IMG/VR virus record: IMGVR_UViG_3300030099_004644
Location: 1 to 28,926 of that record
Reading direction: 5' to 3' (one strand)
Origin: a virus
Taxonomy: Duplodnaviria > Caudoviricetes
Length of the DNA: 28,926 nt
The stretch's first letter is position 1. The number at the start of each line of letters is the position of its first letter. The notes under the pieces were generated by a model, which worked only from the letters and a program-made list of their open reading frames with translations, was not told the DNA's origin and made no database searches. Both the position numbers and the translations under genes were made by a program. This document shows positions 19,646-26,294 of this stretch, piece by piece.

Positions 19646-20064
19646 ACGAAATCAAATGTCTCGAATGTCATGAAACAAATACTTATAATCATCTTGAATG
19701 GTCGGCGGCTGTTTGCCAACATTGTAAACAGGAAACATATAATCCTCATTATAATCAGCCTTCTATTTATGCAGCTCTCGCCGGAATCGATCGGACTCGT
19801 CGAGATCATGGTAACAAAGGTTATCATACACCTTCGATCAGCCTTTCAACCGGCGAGAAGATCAGTCTCGCCGAATGGCGCGAGTCTCTTCTATTTATTC
19901 ATTCACTGATCCAGCGATACACAATCCACATGCAAAAGAATCAATATGATTATGCCGATCAGCTGGAAGAATATATCGCTGATCAATGCCTTCTCTATTT
20001 CGTTGATATTGATAAAAGTATACACGAGCACTATGAGATAACAGTCGAAGTGATGACAAGCTAA
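19642..20064 (+). CDS. Hypothetical protein with N-terminal Zn ribbon
   Basis: CLEC...CQHC; shared leader. Confidence 0.7.
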   Translation: MYEIKCLECHETNTYNHLEWSAAVCQHCKQETYNPHYNQPSIYAALAGIDRTRRDHGNKGYHTPSISLSTGEKISLAEWRESLLFIHSLIQRYTIHMQKNQYDYADQLEEYIADQCLLYFVDIDKSIHEHYEITVEVMTS

Positions 20065-20073
20065 TCGAAGCTT

Positions 20074-20125
20074 GTGTCTTCACCTGATATCGGTGAACTG
20101 ATGAGATCAAGATAGATCGAAACAC
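20074..20125 (+). ncRNA. Type III hammerhead ribozyme
   Basis: GUGU-C(cleavage after 20078); stem I UUCACC/GGUGAA; CUGAUGA; stem II GAUC/GAUC; GAAAC-AC. Loops UGAUAUC and AAGAUA are complementary (UAUC/GAUA). Intergenic. Confidence 0.88.
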
Positions 20126-20148
20126 TTAACACTTAAAGGATAATCAAA

Positions 20149-20361
20149 ATGAATGAAAAAGAATTCAAATCATGGGCTTTTGTCAAGCCTGAGACCCACA
20201 CTGAAAGTTATTGCACCTGTCCAGAATGCGGAGCTGGATTCTTTCTTTGGTTTGAAAACCATCATACAGATGATGAAGATTCAATTCAAAAAAACAGCCT
20301 TTGTACGCACTGCTTAGAAGAACTCGATGAAGAGTCAGAAGAAGAAGAGGAGTCATTTTAG
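20149..20361 (+). CDS. Small acidic Zn-finger protein
   Basis: CPEC...CTHC, poly-Glu tail; shared leader. Confidence 0.7.
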   Translation: MNEKEFKSWAFVKPETHTESYCTCPECGAGFFLWFENHHTDDEDSIQKNSLCTHCLEELDEESEEEEESF

Positions 20362-20391
20362 TAATCTATTTGATCATAGAGAAAGAATCTA

Positions 20392-20456
20392 AACCCTATA
20401 GCCTGAGTAAGCTTTCCAACTGCTCAACACTCAACACTCAAAGGAAAATCAAATGT
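20392..20456 (+). repeat. 65-bp structured leader repeat, copy 2
   Basis: Matches 19581-19645 except TT versus CC in the linker. Confidence 0.95.
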
Positions 20457-20824
20457 CATATAAAAGTGGAAGCAAATGGATCGCAATAGAAAGAAGATGG
20501 CAAATATATTCGAGAGATAATCATGCGTGTATATATTGCGGATCTTCTGAAAATCTAACACTCGACCATGTCGATCCGACTCGCCGAAAAACTTGGCGCG
20601 GTCGAAACATAGAATGTCACGATGCTGATAACTTGGTCACATGTTGTCGAAGTTGCAACAGCAAAAAAAGAACAAAGAGCCTTGAGCAGTTCGCATCATC
20701 GGCGATTGTTGCAAAGGTTCGGCTGCAGCTGGCTCTTGATCTTCCAGATCATACAATCGCCATGAAACAAAAAACAGCCTATCAGACGATCGGCCAACTT
20801 CCCCTTTTTCAAAAGGTAGCATAA
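20453..20824 (+). CDS. HNH endonuclease
   Basis: RD...CIYCG...LTLDHVDP...NLVTCCRSCNSKK. Confidence 0.92.
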   Translation: MSYKSGSKWIAIERRWQIYSRDNHACIYCGSSENLTLDHVDPTRRKTWRGRNIECHDADNLVTCCRSCNSKKRTKSLEQFASSAIVAKVRLQLALDLPDHTIAMKQKTAYQTIGQLPLFQKVA

Positions 20825-21105
20825 TGAAGCATGGAAAACTATTTAAAACAGCCGCAATTATTATCGATGAATTCGATCTCATCGTTGAAGATGTCCGCAT
20901 GAGCGGATCGGTCCTCAATATCTATGTAACAAGATCAAGCTTTTATCAGGCTTGGACTGATATAAAACCAGTTTTCGAAACATCCACGATCAGGACAAAC
21001 TATCGCGGTGTAAAGATACAATCATTCACGCGAGACTATAAGAATGAACTATCAGCAAACATTTGTGTTTGGTGTACAACACTAACAGAGGAAAAAATCA
21101 AATGA
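20824..21105 (+). CDS. Hypothetical protein
   Basis: TAATG coupling with the HNH stop; AAGGT SD. Confidence 0.65.
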   Translation: MKHGKLFKTAAIIIDEFDLIVEDVRMSGSVLNIYVTRSSFYQAWTDIKPVFETSTIRTNYRGVKIQSFTRDYKNELSANICVWCTTLTEEKIK

Positions 21106-21356
21106 AATGTTCAAAATGTGGATATAAAAATAAGACTCTCAGAAAGTCTTTGACTTGTAAATATTGCGGAGCCGATTTGATACCGGCTGGTGATGACAAG
21201 AACTTTAAGACCTATTCGTTCAAAGATGACCCTGCCATCATGGCCGAGCTTGATCGTATAGGTTCAATTCTCAGCGAGTCACGAAAAGGAAAGGTGACAA
21301 GATCCAAATTGATTCGGTTAGCGGTTCGTCAGCTCTCCAAGGAGTTGCAACCATGA
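21102..21356 (+). CDS. Zn ribbon plus ribbon-helix-helix DNA-binding protein
   Basis: CSKC...CKYC followed by TYSFK...ELDRI...TRSKLIRLAV; ATG 21102 after a degenerate shared leader. Confidence 0.7.
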   Translation: MKCSKCGYKNKTLRKSLTCKYCGADLIPAGDDKNFKTYSFKDDPAIMAELDRIGSILSESRKGKVTRSKLIRLAVRQLSKELQP

Positions 21357-21424
21357 GCGACGAGAACTTTATTGATATTCTTGTGATGTCACTTGTGATC
21401 TTTGGTCTTGTATTTTTCATTTGA
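21353..21424 (+). CDS. 23-aa hydrophobic membrane peptide MSDENFIDILVMSLVIFGLVFFI
   Basis: AAGGAG SD at 21339 and ATGA coupling; a single TM helix. Confidence 0.65.
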   Translation: MSDENFIDILVMSLVIFGLVFFI

Positions 21425-21449
21425 CCATAGATCACGAAAAAGGTATAAC
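21421..21449 (+). promoter_or_regulatory. Sigma70 promoter of the small RNA
   Basis: TTGACC-17 bp-TATAAC. Confidence 0.75.
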
Positions 21450-21455
21450 TCTATA

Positions 21456-21518
21456 ACATGGATCTTGATTATCCTTGTTGAGTGTTTTAAGCGGTCCACG
21501 GTGGGCCGCTTTTTTTTT
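21456..21518 (+). ncRNA. Putative trans-acting antisense sRNA (~60 nt) complementary to the shared early-gene leader
   Basis: Own promoter and terminator; core TTGATTATCCTTGTTGAGTGTT is the reverse complement of AACACTCAACAAGGATAATCAA. Confidence 0.75.
21489..21518 (+). terminator. Intrinsic terminator
   Basis: AAGCGGTCCA-cgg-TGGGCCGCTT followed by a T run. Confidence 0.9.
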
Positions 21519-21538
21519 ACTTTTTTTTGGGCTGACTT

Positions 21539-21937
21539 ATGAGAATATTATCAAAGACCATTCCAAGCTCGGTGACCGGTGTATCATCGACGATGGATGT
21601 CAACAAGAAGATCGACGTCGATCTTGACTTTAACTTCCGATCGGTGTTCAATGGAATACTTCGCGGACTTTGGATCAGGGTATCAAGTGCGGCCTCATCA
21701 CCGACCGCTATGACAATCCGACTCGCTGAAGATACAGCTGGAGACAAAATCATTATTCCAGATACTGATTCATCGATCGCGTTTGGTTTGACAACCACTT
21801 CGAGCGGTGCGGCTGTATATTCGATCGATATGCGATATGTATCAAGTGAAGCCGAGAAGCTTTATCTTTTTTTGAATACCGACACCGGAACGGTCAATAT
21901 CGATTCTGTTACTTTGACTTATGAGGTAGCATCATGA
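21539..21937 (+). CDS. Hypothetical beta-rich protein, probably virion-associated
   Basis: Ser/Thr-rich; first gene of the fibre operon; GGGCTGAC leader. Confidence 0.55.
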   Translation: MRILSKTIPSSVTGVSSTMDVNKKIDVDLDFNFRSVFNGILRGLWIRVSSAASSPTAMTIRLAEDTAGDKIIIPDTDSSIAFGLTTTSSGAAVYSIDMRYVSSEAEKLYLFLNTDTGTVNIDSVTLTYEVAS

Positions 21938-22191
21938 TATCGAATGTCTTTACAAGAAACGGCGGATCAAATGGTCGATCTTTTGATATGATAGATCTCA
22001 GCGATCAAATTGATAATTCTCGAAGGATTTTCACGCTTAAAGCATTTCGCCGTGGTAGTATACTTGTGTTCTTTAATGGACTCGCACAAAGAAATGGCGT
22101 CGAAATTACAGAACTATCTCGATCAACCTTTCAGACATCTTTCGTCCCTTCCACGGGATCGACTCTTCTTGTATTCTATCAACCTTTATAG
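21934..22191 (+). CDS. Small fibre-associated beta-domain protein
   Basis: DLSDQID...FTL...VFFNGLAQ...P..GS.L.V.Y pattern, similar to the C-terminus of the downstream fibre. Confidence 0.55.
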   Translation: MISNVFTRNGGSNGRSFDMIDLSDQIDNSRRIFTLKAFRRGSILVFFNGLAQRNGVEITELSRSTFQTSFVPSTGSTLLVFYQPL

Positions 22192-22202
22192 GAGTTCCAC
22201 AA

Positions 22203-24041
22203 ATGGCAATTCAAATCATAGCCGACCAGATTAAAAACGGTGAAGTCACAAACGACAAGCTCGCCGGATCTATCCAACCAGCAAAGCTCGATCTTTCTCA
22301 AGTTTTCGGTTTTACCGCAATACCTACAATCAACGCGACACCAACTGCAGCAAATCAAGTTGTTAGCAAATCATATGTCGATAACAAATTACAAGGTCTT
22401 TCTTGGCATGATAGTGTAAGAGTTCGATCTTCTTCTAACATAGACATTTCAGACGCGCCGGCGACCATCGACGGAATCAGTATGGCCGCGGACGATAGAG
22501 TTCTTTTGACTGCTCAAAGTACCGGATCCGAAAATGGTATCTATGTTTGGAGTTCAGCCGGTGGAGCCATGGCCCGAGCCGCGGATGCGGACACCTTCGC
22601 CGAGTTGCAATCAGCCGCGGTTTTCATCCGAGAAGGAACTTCAGCCGATAAAGGTTATCTACAGAGTGCCGAGCTTTCAAGTTTTGCTTCTCAAAACTGG
22701 ATCTTGTTTTCATCCACTAACGGCGGTCGTCAAGCAGGAACCGCTCTTGATCTTTCATCGAATACCCTATCAGTCAAGTTTGATAACTCCTCAATTGGTA
22801 CAAATGGATCTGGACAGCTTGAAATAAAAGCTGCAGGAATTCAAGACGCAATGGTTGCTTCTGGAACTTTAAGTAATTCACGGCTCGCAAATAGTAGTAT
22901 CACCGTGAACGCTGGATCAGGATTGTCCGGCGGTGGTGTAACTGCACTCGGAGCAAGTGTCACAGTCGCAGCCGCGGCCGCGGATTCTTCGATCGACGTT
23001 GGCGGTGGTGGAATTTCTGTGGCAAATGCAGGGGTCACCGCAGCAAAACTTGCTGGAAATTCTGTTCAGACTGGAAACATTGTCGATGCAAATGTTACCT
23101 TGGTAAAAGTTGAGAATGTTGCAGCTGGCAAAGTGATCATGGGAAATGCCTCAAACAGACCAACCGCGACCGCTATTTCTGGAGATATCGCGATTTCAAA
23201 CTCTGGAGCCGTAACGATTCAAGCCGGCGTCGTTGAGAACTCAATGTTAGCGGGATCTATCGAAAACGCAAAACTCCAGAATTCAGCCGTGACTCTTTCC
23301 GGCGGTGACGGTGTCTCGATTGCATCCGGCGCGATTTCTTTAGGCGGCTCAAAAACTGTTAACTTACAACTTGATGGTTCAAGTCTTAGCAAGTCCGGAT
23401 CAGGTTTGAAGATCGCTGACGCTGGAGTCGGATCGGCTCAACTACAAGACGACAGTTGCTCAACCGCAAAAATTCCAGACTCGGCCGTAACAAATGACAA
23501 GCTCGCTTCATCTTCTGTTTCAGTGGTGAGCGGTGATGGTCTTCAAGGTGGAGGATCTTTGAGTCTCGGCGGAACCTTAACACTTTCCATAGATCTCGAT
23601 GGCTCGTCTCTCGCACTTGATTCATCAAATGGTCTTTCAGTTGCGGCCGGCGGTATTCAAACCAGCATGTTAGCAGCCAACTGTGTAAACGCTGCAGCTA
23701 TCCAAAACAACGCGGTCGGAAGTTCGGAAATCGCCGACGATGCGGTCGGATCTACGGAGTTGGCAGCAAATGCAGTTTTGATCGAGAAGGTAGGCTTCCG
23801 AGCTTACACCGAATCGTTCAGTGGAACCACGAACACCAAATATGATCTTGGTCGTGCTGTTAATGCTAACTTCTTCGATCGAGTGCAAGTATTCCGAAAC
23901 GGTCTTCGTTGTAAGAAGGTTGCTTCACCTTCTGACAGTTCCGAATATAGTGTCGCAAATGATGGAACCTCTTCAGTGTGTGCTATCACTTTCGGAGCCG
24001 CTCCAAATGGTGATTCTATTATCGTTGATTATTTGACATAG
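22203..24041 (+). CDS. Tail fibre / virion fibre protein with internal repeats
   Basis: SKSYVD..GL.W.DSVRV, IDG..DRVLL..Q..ENGIYV; repeated VT..KLA..SV and G.GL.GGG...LG units; AGGAG SD. Confidence 0.8.
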   Translation: MAIQIIADQIKNGEVTNDKLAGSIQPAKLDLSQVFGFTAIPTINATPTAANQVVSKSYVDNKLQGLSWHDSVRVRSSSNIDISDAPATIDGISMAADDRVLLTAQSTGSENGIYVWSSAGGAMARAADADTFAELQSAAVFIREGTSADKGYLQSAELSSFASQNWILFSSTNGGRQAGTALDLSSNTLSVKFDNSSIGTNGSGQLEIKAAGIQDAMVASGTLSNSRLANSSITVNAGSGLSGGGVTALGASVTVAAAAADSSIDVGGGGISVANAGVTAAKLAGNSVQTGNIVDANVTLVKVENVAAGKVIMGNASNRPTATAISGDIAISNSGAVTIQAGVVENSMLAGSIENAKLQNSAVTLSGGDGVSIASGAISLGGSKTVNLQLDGSSLSKSGSGLKIADAGVGSAQLQDDSCSTAKIPDSAVTNDKLASSSVSVVSGDGLQGGGSLSLGGTLTLSIDLDGSSLALDSSNGLSVAAGGIQTSMLAANCVNAAAIQNNAVGSSEIADDAVGSTELAANAVLIEKVGFRAYTESFSGTTNTKYDLGRAVNANFFDRVQVFRNGLRCKKVASPSDSSEYSVANDGTSSVCAITFGAAPNGDSIIVDYLT

Positions 24042-24084
24042 GGAACGGTCGCGAACAACTTTTCGTTGTTTCTCCTTTGCGACC

Positions 24085-24124
24085 AACCGCCGATCTGGAG
24101 TCAGCCCCATGATCGGCGGTTTTT
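24085..24124 (+). terminator. Intrinsic terminator of the fibre operon
   Basis: 11-bp stem AACCGCCGATC/GATCGGCGGTT with a T tail; loop contains AGTCAGCCC. Confidence 0.88.
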
Positions 24125-24138
24125 CTTTCCTCCTTCTA

Positions 24139-24251
24139 AGTGGTTGAACCAATTATCCAACCTTGCAATCTCAGCCGTTTTCTTTGGTTTACCTGTAACC
24201 TTATAGGGATAGATTGCTGAGGTTTCGATCTTACATATTGGTTGAACCAAT
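24139..24251. repeat. Nested palindromic element B (inverted relative to A)
   Basis: TGGTTGAACCAAT ... AATCTCAGC ... TGTAACCTTATA ... GCTGAGGTT ... ATTGGTTGAACCAAT. Confidence 0.85.
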
Positions 24252-24534
24252 AAAACCGATCCAAAAATCGATTCTAAGATCAGCCGGATATATTGACATA
24301 TCTATCGAATAAAGATCCAAGATTTGACAATAAACATTTGATTTTTGACCGCAAAACGTGTTACATAACAACGTAGTGTTAGTAATTGTTCCAATGTCTG
24401 GATTATTTTAATTTTATTCATAGAAATATATAAATAGTAAATTTTTATTAAAAAAAATAAAACTGAAAACAAAAAAAAACTACTAACCTCCGCCGAAAGG
24501 CAAACACTCAACACTCAAAAAAAGGATAATCAAT

Positions 24535-25251
24535 ATGAGTTTGATTCTTACTCTTGAAGAGGAGTACAACATGTCTCCTCTTGAATCTCGGTTCGTCGAG
24601 CTTTATAACTCGCACGGATGGCAAACCAGCCAAGATAGAAAGCCGCTCGCGGTTTTCGCCAACATCCCGAACCCTTCAAAGGTTGACATATACTTCGAGC
24701 TTGACAAGATCGACGAATGGTTAAGGTCGAAGCAATCTTCCAAACGCTGGAAGGTGAACGAGTGGATCGACTTCTTGACCAGCTGGCTTGGTCGAGTAAA
24801 GCGGCCGAAGCTACAAACCAAGGATCGAGACATAAAGAATATGCCGTACTATATGGTAATATATGATCGAATCATAGAAAGATCAGCAAACCGAATGGAC
24901 TTCCCCGAAGAGGTCCGCGAGAAGTATTGGAGAATGTGGTCGTGGTTGACAGAAGGTATTGATCCAACAAGAAAAGATCGATCGCGCGCCGGTAAGGCGA
25001 TGAAGGAATGGATCGAGAAGATCGCGCTCAACTATAACAAAGAACAAAAGAACCTATACTATAAGAAGCTGAACAAGCTTGTCGAAAGAGGTGATTTTGA
25101 CAATAACGACATGTTGGACTTTCTTGGCTGTCATTCGGCAGGTGTACTCAATGAAGTTCTTGATCTGCTATATGGTCCAGAACTTGACCGGCCCGATCTG
25201 GACAAAATGCGTTGTGATGTTACTTTGAGAATTGATAGGAGTATTTTATGA
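24535..25251 (+). CDS. Putative replication-associated protein
   Basis: ELDKIDEWL...K...WIDFLTSWLGR resembles C-terminal domains of phage replication initiators; shared leader; second possible start at 24571 (GAGGAG). Confidence 0.4.
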   Translation: MSLILTLEEEYNMSPLESRFVELYNSHGWQTSQDRKPLAVFANIPNPSKVDIYFELDKIDEWLRSKQSSKRWKVNEWIDFLTSWLGRVKRPKLQTKDRDIKNMPYYMVIYDRIIERSANRMDFPEEVREKYWRMWSWLTEGIDPTRKDRSRAGKAMKEWIEKIALNYNKEQKNLYYKKLNKLVERGDFDNNDMLDFLGCHSAGVLNEVLDLLYGPELDRPDLDKMRCDVTLRIDRSIL

Positions 25252-25469
25252 TTATACGAATATCAAAAGACAAATGGATAAACTTAAAAAATGTCGAGAT
25301 GATCACTCTTACAAAGAAGATAGTCGATATCAATGTTTTTGATTATCCTCCTGAGCGTAATGATATTATGACCTTAAATTTTCATTGTACTTCTGGTACA
25401 GTTTATAAGTATCATGACACTTTATTAAATATAAAGATATTACTGAAAAAATACAAATTGGATTTATAA
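25248..25469 (+). CDS. Hypothetical protein (AT-rich)
   Basis: AGGAG SD and ATGA coupling. Confidence 0.65.
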   Translation: MIIRISKDKWINLKNVEMITLTKKIVDINVFDYPPERNDIMTLNFHCTSGTVYKYHDTLLNIKILLKKYKLDL

Positions 25470-25538
25470 TGTTGTACATGATCGAAGACCTCCAAAATAA
25501 TACAAAGAAGATAGTCGATATCAATGTTTACGATTATC
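25310..25538 (+). repeat. 38-bp direct repeat (25310-25347 and 25501-25538)
   Basis: TACAAAGAAGATAGTCGATATCAATGTTT(TT/AC)GATTATC, 36/38 identical. Confidence 0.9.
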
Positions 25539-25648
25539 AGGAGGTCTTTGATCTTTCAGTTGTTGAGATACAGGTTCTTGAAATGTCGATTCGCTTTGGT
25601 GGAAAACCTGTATCAACTGGACATTTCAACGCGTACAAATATCAATAA
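25469..25648 (+). CDS. Hypothetical protein, 59 aa (MLYMIEDLQNNTKKIVDINVYDY...)
   Basis: TAATG coupling; below the ORF-track cutoff; fills the gap up to a terminator. Confidence 0.6.
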   Translation: MLYMIEDLQNNTKKIVDINVYDYQEVFDLSVVEIQVLEMSIRFGGKPVSTGHFNAYKYQ

Positions 25649-25669
25649 AAAAATCATGTTATAATAACG

Positions 25670-25692
25670 CCGGCCTTTGAGCCGGTTTTTTT
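25670..25692 (+). terminator. Intrinsic terminator
   Basis: CCGGC-ctttga-GCCGG followed by T7. Confidence 0.7.
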
Positions 25693-25705
25693 ACTTTGGT
25701 GTTTT

Positions 25706-25903
25706 ATGGATGAAGAAGTCAAAAAGGCATATTATGAATATGCAAATAAAAGAATCAGGAAAGCCGGAAAGATGACATCATTTGTTCCGCTTCTGCAGCT
25801 GAACGGGGAGATACTTCTCGCGGTGAAAGAGCGCGCCCAAAAAGAGAAGACCGATCATAATGACTGGATCATCAAAGCAATCATAAAGGCACTTAATGAA
25901 TAA
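25706..25903 (+). CDS. Arc/HicB-like ribbon-helix-helix protein
   Basis: LQLNGEILLAVKERAQKE....NDWIIKAI pattern. Confidence 0.6.
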   Translation: MDEEVKKAYYEYANKRIRKAGKMTSFVPLLQLNGEILLAVKERAQKEKTDHNDWIIKAIIKALNE

Positions 25904-26294
25904 GATCGATCATCATTGCGGCTATTGGAGAAAAAAACTAACCTTGATCAATAGACTCTATTTGTCGATCGGTTCTTCCACGGCTCATAATGTTATCGTT
26001 TGCCAAGCCGAAAACAATCATGGTTTGATACTTACAATTTGCGATCGGCGGTTCTTTGTGTTGACCAAAAGAAGGATCGATCTTGATTCACCTTTCGAAG
26101 ACGTCAAAAAGATGACCGTCAGGAATGGATTATATCAAGGTGATATGTTCAGAAGAAAGAACGACATTGAACAAAAAGATCTTACTATGTGCCGAAAATA
26201 TTTCGAACTGATATACTATGTCAACGGACATATTGTTTCAACATTCTTTTATCGGGCTGACAATGATAAAACTACTGAACAAAAATTGTATTGA
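25896..26294 (+). CDS. Hypothetical protein
   Basis: 132-aa ORF overlapping both neighbours in operon fashion. Confidence 0.55.
   Translation: MNKIDHHCGYWRKKLTLINRLYLSIGSSTAHNVIVCQAENNHGLILTICDRRFFVLTKRRIDLDSPFEDVKKMTVRNGLYQGDMFRRKNDIEQKDLTMCRKYFELIYYVNGHIVSTFFYRADNDKTTEQKLY

Noticed and set aside
19581-20456. CRISPR array or DGR template/variable repeat pair
   Set aside because: Only two copies separated by whole genes, differences are T/C rather than A-specific, and no cas or reverse transcriptase gene is present.
21451-21488. Minus-strand gene using the shared leader
   Set aside because: Reads ATG TTA TAG; the + strand promoter and terminator explain the motif better.
24290-24370. Sigma70 promoter from clustered TTGAC hexamers
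   Set aside because: No good -10 at 16-18 bp from any of them; a promoter is likely nearby but I cannot place it.
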